DNA of 64,000 bases from a virus, in the IMG/VR virus record IMGVR_UViG_3300030107_002332; one strand, 5' to 3'. Shown here piece after piece: positions 35,301 to 40,942 of the stretch (positions are counted from its first letter, which is position 1; the number at the start of each line of letters is the position of its first letter). The translations under genes were made by a program, and so were the position numbers. The notes beneath the pieces were generated by a model, which made no database searches, was not told where the DNA came from, and saw only the letters and a list, made by a program, of their open reading frames with translations.

Positions 35301-38182
35301 TTAACACCACCAAATGTTACAGTATTAACTGATATTAATTTTTTAACGTTATACAACCAAGTTGTAAGATCTGAAGTCGTACCAGTACCACCTAACTTAG
35401 AAACTGTTAATTTATCTCCAGGTAAGTAGTAAGATCCAGTATCTGTTAGATTAGTTTGCTGTGCATCAACAATACCAACAACATTCATTACAACTTCTTG
35501 TAATGTACCCTTATTCAGGTAAACTTTGAAGTTTGAAGTAACTTGTGTAGCAGAATCCCAATCTTCAACAACACCATTTACAGAACGAGTACATTCGATA
35601 AACTGGTTAAGTGATTTTTCCTTATATTGTACAACTTCTGTCGTAGTACCCGAACCAATAACAAACTCACCGTTCCTTTCTGGCCAACCAATGGTAGAGT
35701 CAACCGTAATAATAGAGTCGGTTGCACTCAATGGTTCAGCAAGTTTTGTCTTATATGGAACAGTAAATGAACCAGTAATAGTCTCTTCAGACAATACAAG
35801 TTCAAAAATTTCTACTTCAGACGTTTTAATTGAAATATAATTTTCTACAAGAGCACTCGCTGCTTTAATATTAGGGTCTGATATATCCTCTTCTTGTACT
35901 AATAAAGCATCTTTAATATCAACAGAATTACCAGAAACCTTAGTAGCACGAAGAATAGTATCAATAGACCAAGTAGCATCAGATGGTTTGATAATCTGAT
36001 CTTTTGGATAAGATATACTTACAGTTTCACCATAAAGTAACTTAAAGAGATAAGCAATACTAAAAGATGTACCCTTTGAAGAGTAGAAATCTTTAATAGT
36101 TTTAATTGCTGTACGAACGTCAATTTTCTTATAATCGAGTTCAGGTACATCAGGAAGGAACTGTTCTGTATATTTGTCTAAAAGTCTCTTTATAAACAGT
36201 TGGTCTAAGCACTTAACTGGAGTATTAACAGTAGCTGCAGCAGCAGTAGTTGCACTAGAGAAAACTGCATTACCATCTTCTGTATATGAAGTAATTCCTG
36301 AAGCAGCACGAGCACATCCTTCAAATTGTGCTTTAGTGTATTCTTTTCCTTCCTGTGTTACAGTAAAACCAGTAATTTCCTTTAAACCAATCTCAGCAGA
36401 TGCTTCTGCAGCAGGTGGAGTCTGAATAACGATAGTTGGAGGTGCAGCAGCAGTATAACCAGTTCCAAATGCAGTTATATTAATATCAGTGATTCTACCA
36501 TTGAATATTGCAGCAACAGCAGTTGCTCCAGTACCACCTATTGAATTTCCTTGTGCATCTACTCTTCCATCAACAATGTATACAGATGGAATATCCTCAT
36601 ATCCGCTACCACCATCTAAAAGTTCAATATTAATTACACGACCATCACCGTCAACAGACGTTTGAAGTATTTGAGCACCAACTGGATCAACAATAGCAAC
36701 CCTTGGAACTGTTGTATATCCTTGCCCTGCATTTAATACAGTAATTGAAGCAAGAGTACCGTCTGCAGCAAGGTTTGCACGTAATGATGCTTTAATAGGG
36801 TTAGTTCCTGTTGGTTCATCGACATATATGACTGGGGCAGTAGTATAACCAAATCCTACATTAGTAATGGTTGGAGCAGCTGCAAAAGAACCATTAGTAA
36901 TGGTTGGAGGATCAATTGTAGCACCTCCAGGCTGTCTAAATGTTAATCTTGGTGTAAATGTATATCCACTACCTGAATTAAGTATTTCAAGTCCACTTAC
37001 AGCACCATTAGTAACAGTTGCTTTAAGTTTTGCCTGTGTTGCACCTGGTTTAGTTGGTGATTGTACTTGAACTACTGGTGGGTTAGTGTCACTATAACCT
37101 TTACCACCATCTAATAGAGAAACTGATTTAACACCATTAACTAATGCATTAGCTGAAGCACCACTACCTAATACAGAACTAATAGTTACTTTAGGAGGAT
37201 ACTCAAATCTATATTCTGATCCATTAGTATCAGTCTCAATGCTGGTAAGAGTACCAGTATCACTAATACGTGCATATCCAATAGCACCAGCTCCAAATGA
37301 AGGTACAGGTGCCTCAATAGCATATAATGATAAGAATCTACCGTTTAAAGGGGCAGTTAAGAATATAAATTGATCTCCATCTATGAAGAAATCAACTTTA
37401 GGAACTAAAAGTCTATTATCATAAATTGCAATAACATATTCATCTACAATAGGTTCATACCTTTCAGCATTCTTTGTAATAGTAAATTGTCTCTTAGATT
37501 CACCAAAAGAATTAGATAAATTATCTATTGCTACAATTGGGTTTTCAATAAAACCACTTAAGAAATTAATATATGTCTGATCTGATCCATCTGAAGGAGT
37601 TCTTGTTCTTGGAGCCTCATTAAAGACGATATTAGTACCATTAATGGTATAATCAACAACAGGAACTAAAATTTTACCATAAACACTTACAATTAAGTGT
37701 TGTGGTGTTATAGGAGCAATAGGACTGTCTTGAGATGTTAAAGGAAACTGCGTTGTTGTTCCATCAAATGATAAAAGAGGACTTGCAAGACCTGTCCACT
37801 TAAGTTTTACCTGATCATATGAAATACCTGGACTTAATGCAATATTAGGTGCAGAAGTCGTCTTTTCATAGTAAATTATCTCATCACCAATTAATACAGA
37901 TCCATTATTATCAAGAAATTTATCAACACTCTCTACAACAATAGTATTATTCGTCGAATTTATTGCTTCTACAACTTTAGTCGAACCATCAAGTATCCCA
38001 ATATCTAACTTATCAATATCAAGATATTGAAGGAAGTTATTGAGTATATTTTGACCTAATCCTGTTTTCTCTTGAGATCTATAATAATACTGTATAAACC
38101 TATTAAATAGGGGATATTCAGACTCCAGAAAATCGGGAGTCTGACTCCTTATAGCTTGAGAAACCTTATTAATATTGCTCAT
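14366..38182 (-). CDS. giant baseplate wedge (gp7-position) / fibre fusion protein, 7938 aa
   Basis: single uninterrupted 23.8-kb ORF directly after gp6; N-terminus PDFLESEYPLFNRFIQYYY and IKDFYSSKGTSFSIAYLFKLLYG are gp7-like; contains YHYH, two LamG-like, propeller-like, CBM-like, helical and nested beta repeats. Confidence 0.8.
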   Translation of the reverse strand: MSNINKVSQAIRSQTPDFLESEYPLFNRFIQYYYRSQEKTGLGQNILNNFLQYLDIDKLDIGILDGSTKVVEAINSTNNTIVVESVDKFLDNNGSVLIGDEIIYYEKTTSAPNIALSPGISYDQVKLKWTGLASPLLSFDGTTTQFPLTSQDSPIAPITPQHLIVSVYGKILVPVVDYTINGTNIVFNEAPRTRTPSDGSDQTYINFLSGFIENPIVAIDNLSNSFGESKRQFTITKNAERYEPIVDEYVIAIYDNRLLVPKVDFFIDGDQFIFLTAPLNGRFLSLYAIEAPVPSFGAGAIGYARISDTGTLTSIETDTNGSEYRFEYPPKVTISSVLGSGASANALVNGVKSVSLLDGGKGYSDTNPPVVQVQSPTKPGATQAKLKATVTNGAVSGLEILNSGSGYTFTPRLTFRQPGGATIDPPTITNGSFAAAPTITNVGFGYTTAPVIYVDEPTGTNPIKASLRANLAADGTLASITVLNAGQGYTTVPRVAIVDPVGAQILQTSVDGDGRVINIELLDGGSGYEDIPSVYIVDGRVDAQGNSIGGTGATAVAAIFNGRITDINITAFGTGYTAAAPPTIVIQTPPAAEASAEIGLKEITGFTVTQEGKEYTKAQFEGCARAASGITSYTEDGNAVFSSATTAAAATVNTPVKCLDQLFIKRLLDKYTEQFLPDVPELDYKKIDVRTAIKTIKDFYSSKGTSFSIAYLFKLLYGETVSISYPKDQIIKPSDATWSIDTILRATKVSGNSVDIKDALLVQEEDISDPNIKAASALVENYISIKTSEVEIFELVLSEETITGSFTVPYKTKLAEPLSATDSIITVDSTIGWPERNGEFVIGSGTTTEVVQYKEKSLNQFIECTRSVNGVVEDWDSATQVTSNFKVYLNKGTLQEVVMNVVGIVDAQQTNLTDTGSYYLPGDKLTVSKLGGTGTTSDLTTWLYNVKKLISVNTVTFGGVNDQSATLTCANPHGLLVGDQVTVYGANPIIYNGTFLVTSRDSEYTFQYQLPQPATVIPQGNILVSVDLNKGKSDNSAVLNAIGSYTTNVQNSFFDTTHTYVASTGIPNYKIGPFPGSALLPGNQRKLNRFPKVPTTISTKNTIDSGPVGTWVNGVSIWAYKSKLSKTFGAITGINITNAGAGYDAASPPTITISGGSGSGATANVTVDGSISEVTVTAGGSGYTSSPLVSIVGGGGAGAAATAIITKGVVSSILINQGGSGYTSQPSITIVGGGGTGAEGTASVRGPIQSIAITDGGASYTSNPAVTLSSGSGAVAQAIVTNGRIISIAIISAGSGYTTAPEVSVQGAGFGAVARATIDTDGENAGRVTGITIVNKGINYVQGTTIINLTSVGQGATFTPNVFQWTYNLQATSTFDSAKGTVFEGFNNQYGGEYAHLSNPQKLRYILGDNLFENASGNIKEQETQLNHSPIIGWAFDGNPIYGPYGFSDPTNQASSITKLNTSYRLKTNLVYDATTNPYPARTAGPLLNSEAAGNFVEDYEYVFGLGDLDQYNGRFCKTPDFTDGRYCYFVTIDSTEDGNPVFPYVLGPSFNSVVDKWNLVDAATQQNIPAGVVRYRDPYENVDIDVTRTPNASTNALTTEAGEILLFDPEDVNRDGVIDAEETANPTQLFEEAPLQLFDYFPTVKFDSKVDIEVETITKFEDASVTGFTVENPGINYQVNDRLVFDNTDTDGDGVSARVSRIKGESVSTYGFENVSGSNYGTLKTDVPHNLIAGDSVFIDYTPIMDNTNKTFKVRQFKGIEQIVISQTGSGYNEEIPPTIIIDGDGTQGALQAVVSSVGAIDTVNITNSGSGYTTNPRVILSHPQIYKKADYYVSKIENNNYVKINDCKVNIKKEVFTCGKTLDADGNTVGFVAKLSATGVKEWQKTLESTAGLKYVEFERLYVDGDNIWVVGNNKPNSSLLDAYNPDIILCKYVQAENGLSATLSFQKAYAGISGATRSDNVTAIQKYSDTRYIIGGYTNTNSAAPFDAFIASIDTTGNFSVKRKLASATGNEKITDLIIDGTDVYFTMEVSATDTAQDINQCVGKATIGTSVIEIQWIKEFSNATYSFLDSTLCIDEFKEIYLTASCRMKSDDTTRDSFWVGKVNSTDGTLIWNYRYLAPGREVHVTTSSEIDLFGDLNVAFTRKNNTNTQTTVDTVKIGYDGKIKNHTTNNFNINNIEGVTAHALDVDESGDVHVFGQTQWNRNEFIYDFANNEQVDITGHHVLTSVGATNAITYTGNLAKIYGYNPAGSNSTWVNSYLSVPGTTLKETLAGDWTLEFMIYKNGSESQTLSQGAQTLCGIGGARDATGGLWLGYDNGSGELQLVITNNTTQLISGSGQSSSQTNMYADNSWQFVALTKNGNEFKAYINGIAVITGTLSNTALGTKNIYFGNQIGFGSGATDFAQSKQGQFYIDNIKLRNRFVTPTVPTDVVTLPPTASYSQTFDWVDDAWFTSYLNRYDNIDYVGWGIKVDKNAESGRIGTYSERTNTKLGFVRTAVTPVTGSAITVSATGYSLGDAGLQTLDFDDTTTTMSQDTETLTYTQDIWGSRTATVPSPGSQKLKVSAVVKDRYYFKVTDTVKIDNIQILTVNQAFNFTVGAKLQLYTGSTFKNSGYIIRVDNDNNKIYVAVNNNLWSDDLNTGQLSTVQFSEQSTYNIVGPIPNDINEIIGYTFAQVVNQTPGTFIIPLSSYPLEVGGANNLHTFATFKPYADADYSIRIDEVSGSSPYIVGSVVTINSGDISYNADYSQATIVNLTGVLKITLVANLTKILQVTAVANSDEVYVITATKHYLNAGEMLYIDGNPERTSGGVVYDEYDGAFPVDTVVSSLEFTYKLPQAAITDPETSTPGNVSIFVKSPVLKMYYGHQYLFDLSHSSLVGGNLSFAKDNLYKLEYSFNSIERIGTPGVTGQGQPTPTVKLKVDQSVVTNISYYFDPSRTGDDSPVIPGSYLDVVDSPYKGTFQISSTAGQTITTGPDIFKFPLQNEPEGSADVSRTSYSTSSLKAVGSINNIRIVNSGGFYTKLPVVTGIVSTRKIERVQINAPGTEYAVGEYNNVPIAGDGEGGLVSITVADGTDDEGTTIPGQIQKVDVIDPGKGYTTATIDINSISGILGSGLTGSGAELVVVIPSAGTGASIFTKGTNVGKIKKLKNNNFGYDYPHDYTLRPEITFPINAQLTSTSILSSITVTDPGSGYSLPPAVVITGGGGTGAVAEATIKNGRLDQIFVKDPGAGYSSTPTINLKSSFNYVVNLDLGLLQFAYPHGIVNGSEVTVTVTDTGDGADFPLAAGATGRLNASTTYFAIAGTANSLEPDQLKLAITASNAALGDALSFVNAGEGRQSVLTESFGGAATANVITSTFLEGELIYQGDSLENATAQGYVSTNSGWQVGPRILKIVDYTGSFTENEKVTGVISKSSGTISDLKIAKGVLEIGSITKTTGQFIDDVGKPSEIIQKIQDSYYYQDFSYAVKSAVSISDWKEILIKNVHPASFKVFGELNLNEYGFVPNKETFFQLTKSVELAQESIVPNIQNFALVEPIYSDFNNTEVLFRQKRLTSSENILTSVVQRVDDISNLFDGERISFPLTVDGGNVVANANQLMIVLNGVVQNPKTSFSIQQDSIVFSEPPQPPASVKYANITISQKSTVALTFTNQSGIYPSLGNVLTGISSGAKLTVTTVVGTTINGYIIEGTFIVGELCTVSATGFSANLATNTAVSNIGLFTFGEQITNLTGDTAKVEQINLESGAETPVAKVRYTIGLSTVSFEVVPLTGDPGPVPAGTFTATKNYQFGSEIFRVDSITDGSSSTTIGVTRGQLGTTAQSVQENTPIYGTDISVTNTLTLSKTAGTYQSTPGLFDIQLNDVILGASSGVVATVTATAAYQDPTTNEFIGQVNISEGSSFFGLLFNRITSQTYPNVVLDDISKSQISIVDFTDNATAFDSKFPSNERINNYTIPYDNAVGTLVENENIRNYKIEYGNSNGDFIAGEDGRVRKLSFTNRIGDGFFNTGQVIRTRDTKAEVIGFNQARNIVYLGKIGRCKANGEDYFDFTFENAAAIDTAQKKFGTASLEFAAADYIVNASTDEIAFGSGAFTIEMYIRPATASVSGTADIFDTRASSANEVAFRLYLEAGQVRVNVNNSDLVTSGATTISANTWTHIAYVKSSTTGKIYINGVEAGTGTDSTTYVAKPIRIGADWNGANGFVGHVDEVRVSTTNRYTGAFTPVAGIFQGDANTKLLLHCDGNDGVNYIDDWSGVEGFTEGEFFNNDAILATVRDVAGKHIYNGSTAVNAITITANSVQKDVTDATYDPNTGDLVLTIGSHSFTTSDTLKIGANKLSFTCSKDNHQTSHTYPRVTDPAYDTTLAITAVSGTTLTVNVGIANNGFNKNTQRYINAGDLVLANLDFIAQEVVWLMKKRFPNFTVKGGSINCADDIVDVLKSVVDDIRNGSNSHIWDASAFYVDRTANPIQLKEIKSEVTESLWAFKKTQEMVQYIGTNTLWEVQGDHGLTQTTDTTITDSTTNSLTSITPTSAVYDPATGELTLTKSSHGINGASSLTASNAAYVANTGVLTITSNSHGLSNGDRIKLVDDSLTFTCSMDQDRSEHTYPRISDEASSGYLEVSGVTTNTFNVNVGPSPIKSFTPTSSTYDPETGWLKLGIGDHSLEVGTNVKIANNSLKYLCSMGGTTEYKTYPRTTDPIYNDSVEIVSDGVHSTATNASYTPTTGDLTITSGTNLTPTLASYVARTGIMTLTVPNHGMVLGDKVKIEDGAITFTCDMDDNATLHPYPRSSDPLSGDFINIANVTTNTFDVNVGASPLVSFNPSAVTYTPTTGDMVMTIGSHSLTVGTSVRFEPASLTFTCTKDSNATEHKYPRTTDPVYDAATTITAVTSTSITVNVGTANDATAGTHTFVPKAGTLTPTSVTYNPTNGLLAFTVAGHGMLAGQKIKIADNSLTFTCGKDNNATNHTYPRTTDPISGKFIDIQSVTTNTFTIQVLDVVPSTNTTTHSFVSAAANCVTRAVVTTGGDYTHTFVSARNNSVLSDKHGYSVGDKIRIAEKSLTFTCEKDNNATDHAYPRSTDPFYRRWLRINSLTDKTFTVNVGVSPDKSAHTFKSAYPNGIVKQDGSISIDVGKSPTVKHDMTNAAYTPANGNLVLTVGTHNLNVGQTVRLVDRALTFTCAEDSNASNHSYPRPFIDEFTPSTATYSGTTGLLVFTVNSHGVRVGDWIKIDDNSLTFTCQLDNNQTNHTYPRSTDPVSGKWLKVSAVTTNTFTVQVLQTIPSTNTSTHAFVSAVTNCIKQKRDRAYDAPIEISAVGTSNKTATGATYAPTTGVLQITSNGHGLTAASEITPTGAVYVPATGVLTLTKSSHGYTNGDRILIKEGALTFSCNKDNHESQHSYPRATDPSYLKWLTVQNVTTNTFDVNIGVANDQSTHAFISATTNGVMKANSQVKFDADSLTFTCTRDSNATNHTYPRATDPVANQWTPIVASTTNTFDVNVGITGFGDFAHTYVSATSNGIKVQDGTITLNVNTSSNTTTHAFVSAKTGGLIVGGNYDHTFIDANNTYTPSTVSYTASTGNMVLTVNNHGFKVGEHIKIADGGVTFTCAEDSNATNHAYPRSTDPISNRFVPITAVTTNTFTINVLQGTSPTNTTTHAFVSATTGCITRSVVSTGGDYTHTFVSAKANGIHKMGDAIKLDAGSLTFRCHIDGKRTDHAYPRVTDPAYTSALRVRKATTNTFTVDIGKSLGDTIDQPYTPTAATYDPATGNLVLTIGSHDITDDDSITIDDNSLTFTCAMDNNQANKTYPRTNKDEFSAKAIPVASVGTSSLTPSTANYEPTTGILRITSASHGLVAGDRVKFDADAITFTCAQDSNGSNHAYPRVTDPTYNRWLDIFAITADTFEVNVGISSNITAHTFVSATSGGVKRQTGTITVNVNPAGTNQTFTPSAATYDAYTGDMTLTIGSGHGISVGSSITVANNGLTFNCTMDGGSSNKTYPRSTDPYGNLKSIPVKHVGHTHHTPTNVSYTPATGAATITLANHGWSNGDWVMIVDNALTMTCSLDGNQTDHSYPRATDPYQNKWMQISNVATNTFDVNFGISSDTTTHTFKSFATKGLRRKTGVITVNVGSSPIIGHEVSAASFTPASGLLVLTIGDHNLTVGTSIRIANNSLTFTCAQDSHGSNHTYPRANGQGGASADDPAYNDAVNITAVTGNTITVNVGTSSNTTAHTFVSANSDFTATNAAYNPTTGVMTITVANHGFVNGEKVKIADNSLSFTCALDGNTVTKTYPRKSDPVSGKWVTISGVTTNTFDVQVLDAVPSTNVMSHAFQSATANGIKRAVISSGGDYTHTFVSATTNAVAFLPQSAHTFVSAKYGAVKKVKNTHQLVSIANNAVSVLDYSWADCTDVYTTIDNLMDILVDTVTQANLSPAVDHLATVTKLTPKHDFLGGKVSAYYEVPFPISYHDATNDIIVTNQIDETTRNRFRDAAALIRANTGPIVDKTSHDMLTLYPDLVLEMPRNVGGTQDGTLQCKTDLTLLLEEFCKDIEDGGNLNSTNVGKFYLGTNDVLLHIRLQVFQSVYAHNRLAHYMKQAITGDLTYDNTDDIIVGDWGITQDGGGCANVKSAIDTLVTSVNDIIAPTDNDYAIAADRLYFNRKYIAEEITGLITAEFTYVLNSVNYNAHTYPEGALGEGKCQRDIKLIILGIISDLQTGGNNSTVAAMEYYLTSAGNLNHVETELLATVYGIEQIKIIGEHALRNRLVALNGTSTAQQYVAQHTDEAPYTDSLSPVAIEDVVRRLEELTDLAVDILAPAKMEGRGAAKNLLYNRNYYKEEITTLVNSQFGAGAWTYNTFIDQLVDDTVHDIITTDMTKNSVARNIAIGDITGNFKVGETVTSDGGGTAIVREYNIDTEFFVCSTVTGTEWKDYDVLTGNDSGATATIDPAGIGNSYKWYDSVSNVKTLGSARLITSNVSGQLAGTNLLTNPEQFSINWTGTEVSFTDDALLAPDGTLTADKLIASSTNADHTIHRVYNLSAYDTFDDDTIKWDANNQRFDEGASGTSPTQQYTYSVFLKKGEYDNARVMLSLNYGTAAVQNAFFDVALDTGVVGTLFTPQNGVTGDAYGVVPLGDGWYRAYITLTFSFGFAEMRAQVYVKNASGAQTYAGNNSDGLYVWGAKLNKNALDPYQSQDAKIFYSDAEYNIKNYALDLMETYMSQALNNGLTSPSPNSGFYKAFYDEAAAWYDADSASAIVRYCLDIIRQQLTVDSSYTNYISVNGVSLPTKTYGTRSIPQGVGGGIQNADYMYGLLSNTYGELENLTLNEGKIVQVFQRFRIDGDITDGPYTMGETVAKQGAPSITGVVYGFWSDANYKYLDVKVTAGPWAITDNVVGAENSTTAQISAIESRIHVIDLKGEFEDNVPFKGYTSGATATPTGFLRREAATLDNTGGTLTVDTATLTGTFETTAVVYPESSRQYLDVVKYAGLDIGVGARIASNGYIRLGVTVLSGLNNFTVGNRLYKVVSGIQDQNTYGIITAVDLDNSFIYMQEYQGTITNGDVVGDYGAGLSNPVGYASINTKVTTAGAAAAVVQDIRTVGVNRRLYLSSIKGTFDPKDSIKGPDGYASVIEDIVSLKARVKRSFKGFDGTTTNFKLTQQNGTPYLPDPAGHLLVFINGILQPPGASNAYTAFSDEIQFQEAPDLGASFTGFYVGKLRQLDDISFEFDSLRQSFNLKRNDVFYSLTLTEGVQSSTIRPENNIIVSLNGVIQEPGIGFEIVGSRILFSEIPRVGSTFVAFSYVGSEADVDAAEVVPPVEPGDFIDIQGETSDREVAVIESSNSLITFDYLGSVFGSGAIANANLTSGTLKDVQVTSGGSGYTTRPTVRIDSISGFEGAIRALVGVGGVEVSNPGSGYANPTIAVETSVPDDWTAPDLSLYGEEPVDPETPL
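19004..24616 (-). repeat. array of 18 nested ~100-aa protein repeats (Y.P.TG.L.LT...HG...G..+KI....LTFTC..D.N...H.YPR.TDP...I..VT.NTF.VNVG...H.FVSA)
   Basis: 18 opening TG.L segments, 18 FTC...YPR cores and 18 closing H.FVSA-type segments counted in the translation; DNA copies are diverged. Confidence 0.9.
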
Positions 38183-38186
38183 CTAA

Positions 38187-40217
38187 TTAGAAACAACTAT
38201 CTGTATTCGTTGTGCCAGTGTTTGTCAGGTTCGGAACTTCAACCGTAGTTGGAGTCTGATTGAAAACTGTTGGTGTCAAACTATTTAGAGGTATAGTACC
38301 AGGTGGAGTTGTTCCAATTGGAGAAACCGTAACCTCAGGATTCACAATATTAATAACAGTTCCTGGTGTAGATGCTGGAATGGTAGAATTGTTTGAAGGT
38401 ATAAAGAGCACGGGGATTTGTAAATCTATTGGTAAGAGAGTAGTATCAATCACCGTTCCTACACCAGTAACAGTATCAGTTAACGTTAAGTTAGTGATAG
38501 AAGGTACATTAGCACCAGCACCTATTATATTAACTGCTCCGAAGCATATTTCGCCTGTAGCATAGTTAACTGATCCAGCACTATCATTCGTATATACTTT
38601 CTTATTACCAGTGTTATAGAAGGTTCTTAACTTACCAAATCCATCGTCTTCAAATTGCTGATCGATACCTGGTCTATCAGCAGTCCTAAAGGTTCCTGAT
38701 AATACGACAGGTTCCTTCTTACAAGAGTCACTAGCACCACTATTACTTGGAGCACTATCATATAATTGACCACCAGTTGAAACACAATACGTGTTTGTTG
38801 AGTTAGTACCTGGTTTGATATACTTCAGAATTGTAGTTTGTAGTGAAACGTCACTTATACACTTGTCGGAAAGCACAATTGCCTTCTCAAAGTTCTGACT
38901 TCTAAAGGTAGAGTTAAAGTTATTAATCTGTGTCTGAGAAGCCCAATTAGTGATAGCATCATTAATATGGGTTTTTATATCAGATGTACTAGAACCGCAA
39001 CCAGTATCATACTGTGCAAAGATCTTATTGTAGATATAGATCTGATCTGGATCAACGACAACAGGGTCAATTGATGCCATAGCGTATTTTCTTAAATCTG
39101 CTGCTACTTCTTTCTTAGTTTGGTCATTAAGTAATGATCCAGTCTTAGTTTTGATTGCAACGAAAACTTTACCGTAAATTGGAGGATTTAAAGCATCTCC
39201 ACCATATGCAACAACGGAATCAGCATTAGAATAAACTTTTTTAGTAATAACAGCATAATCTTGTGCTGTTACTGCTCTATACTGTGCAGAGTAGTATCTT
39301 GGAGCATTATATTTAATAGATTCAGGTGATTCTGCAACAGATCCCAGTTGTGACCTGTCTTTTGTTGTAAGATCTACTGAATTTGGTCCATAAGCAACTC
39401 CTAAATTATCCCTCATAGTACCAACGAAGGAGAATCCAGTTACCTCATTTGCTTCAATACCAGAAGTTACAAGATACTCAAGATCAACAACCTCACCATC
39501 TTTTAGTGCTCTACCAGCAGTATCATCACCAAACCTTATCTCATACCTCATATCCTCGCCTTCAGAGAGGAAATAAACCCTTGTGGTAGCAGTTAGGTTG
39601 GTAACAGTATCAACCTTGTTATAGAGGTCAGAAGCAGTCGCAGACTCGTTTGCTTTTACCCTTACAGTTAAAGTATCAATATCAGCGTCTTCAGAAGGAA
39701 CTTTATAATTTTGAGTTGCAAAAGTATTAACAACGTAGTTAAATCTGACAATAGTTCCTTCACGAATCATCAAATTGTCAAATTCGGCAAGTCCAGTGGT
39801 AGTATTAACAACTACAGTAGTATCTTGAAGAATATTCCAAATAAAATTACCACCAGTAGCAACTGCACCCTTAGATAGAGTTATACTACTTGGATATGCA
39901 CCATTTGTCTTAACAGTCTGTACTTCAAGTTTAAGACATGCTTTTGATGAAGCAATTGACTTAGGAACATAATTTAACAGTTTAGCAATATTAACAATAT
40001 TGTCTCTAACAGTGGCAGAAGGCAAAAATGCCTCATTCATTGCCATATTAGCATTAAATGCGGTATAATATGTGTTATACGCTAAAGTATCAATCAAATA
40101 CGTCAGAGCAGAACCTTCAAAGTCATAATCAGTGAACTCTGATCTGGTTCTAAGATAAGACTTAATCGATGCTTTTACATCATCAAAATCTAATGCTGTT
40201 AAATTATTCGGTTGCAT
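38187..40217 (-). CDS. gp6: baseplate wedge subunit gp6
   Basis: LDFDDVKASIKSYLR..FTDYDFEGS, ESIKYNAPRYYSAQYRAVTAQDY; follows gp25. Confidence 0.92.
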   Translation of the reverse strand: MQPNNLTALDFDDVKASIKSYLRTRSEFTDYDFEGSALTYLIDTLAYNTYYTAFNANMAMNEAFLPSATVRDNIVNIAKLLNYVPKSIASSKACLKLEVQTVKTNGAYPSSITLSKGAVATGGNFIWNILQDTTVVVNTTTGLAEFDNLMIREGTIVRFNYVVNTFATQNYKVPSEDADIDTLTVRVKANESATASDLYNKVDTVTNLTATTRVYFLSEGEDMRYEIRFGDDTAGRALKDGEVVDLEYLVTSGIEANEVTGFSFVGTMRDNLGVAYGPNSVDLTTKDRSQLGSVAESPESIKYNAPRYYSAQYRAVTAQDYAVITKKVYSNADSVVAYGGDALNPPIYGKVFVAIKTKTGSLLNDQTKKEVAADLRKYAMASIDPVVVDPDQIYIYNKIFAQYDTGCGSSTSDIKTHINDAITNWASQTQINNFNSTFRSQNFEKAIVLSDKCISDVSLQTTILKYIKPGTNSTNTYCVSTGGQLYDSAPSNSGASDSCKKEPVVLSGTFRTADRPGIDQQFEDDGFGKLRTFYNTGNKKVYTNDSAGSVNYATGEICFGAVNIIGAGANVPSITNLTLTDTVTGVGTVIDTTLLPIDLQIPVLFIPSNNSTIPASTPGTVINIVNPEVTVSPIGTTPPGTIPLNSLTPTVFNQTPTTVEVPNLTNTGTTNTDSCF

Positions 40218-40636
40218 TATTCAGGTCTCTTTAAGACAAAGGAAATATTCTCAACAACGGGTTGCCCAACAATTTGGTATTCAACATCTATTCCAATAGC
40301 ATTATCATCCCAAATAGGTTGTACGGATACTTCCGTGAGGGCAACTCTAGGTTCATACTGATTAATAGTATTTATGACTTCTTCTTGGATTTGATCAGCC
40401 ACAAAGGGATCTAATGGTTCAAATAGTAATGTATATACATTAGATCCAATTAAAGGTTGGAAAGGTTTCTCTCCAGGAGTAGTTAATATTAAATTCTTTA
40501 TTGATTGTTTAATTGCATTATCATTCTTTACCACATTAACATCATCCGTGAAAGGATTTTTTCCCATCATCACGGCAATATCCTTAAAAGCACGAGACCT
40601 TTTCTGTTCGTTCCTTCCAATCTTCTTTAATGCCAT
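40217..40636 (-). CDS. gp25: baseplate wedge subunit gp25
   Basis: AIKQSIKNLILTTPGEKPFQPLIGS...INQYEPRV; TAATG overlap with gp6. Confidence 0.92.
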   Translation of the reverse strand: MALKKIGRNEQKRSRAFKDIAVMMGKNPFTDDVNVVKNDNAIKQSIKNLILTTPGEKPFQPLIGSNVYTLLFEPLDPFVADQIQEEVINTINQYEPRVALTEVSVQPIWDDNAIGIDVEYQIVGQPVVENISFVLKRPE

Positions 40637-40920
40637 TATACCTTATAGAATGTATAGTTCAAAAACAATTCTTCCATAGGACCAATTGGTTTTATAACCT
40701 TTACATAATATTTATCGTCTACTTGGTATTTTTCGCAATTAGGGAAGTTTGAATGATTCAAAAATCCTCCTAATGGTGTCCGAAATATTTCTTCACCTCT
40801 AATAAGGTGAGATAGACCCAATTCAGTTCCAACTTTAAGACTATTCCTTGAGAATATGCCTTGACCAGCAATAGGGCTGTTTGAAATAAACAACCCCTCT
40901 GGTAATGCCCTGTAAGTCAC
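40636..40920 (-). CDS. minimal SET-domain protein (putative lysine methyltransferase), 94 aa
   Basis: SPIAGQGIFS (motif I), GGFLNHSNFPNC (NHS..PN) and IGPMEELFLNY (ELxxxY) motifs. Confidence 0.82.
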   Translation of the reverse strand: MTYRALPEGLFISNSPIAGQGIFSRNSLKVGTELGLSHLIRGEEIFRTPLGGFLNHSNFPNCEKYQVDDKYYVKVIKPIGPMEELFLNYTFYKV

Positions 40921-40942
40921 ATTAACATATTATAGCTGGAAC

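Noticed and set aside
33900-37200. Gly-rich GxGY...GGGG.GA repeats as collagen-like or as a second nested tree
   Set aside because: No Gly-X-Y triplet periodicity; units read as ordinary tandem beta repeats and I could not show bracketed nesting.
260-38565. Many plus-strand ORFs opposite the structural genes (e.g. 7916-8365, 8885-9211, 14331-14678, 34536-34979, 35526-35840, 38260-38565)
   Set aside because: Antisense shadows of long, codon-biased genes; low-complexity Pro/Val/Ala/Thr or Ser/Ile translations, no motifs, fully nested in real genes.
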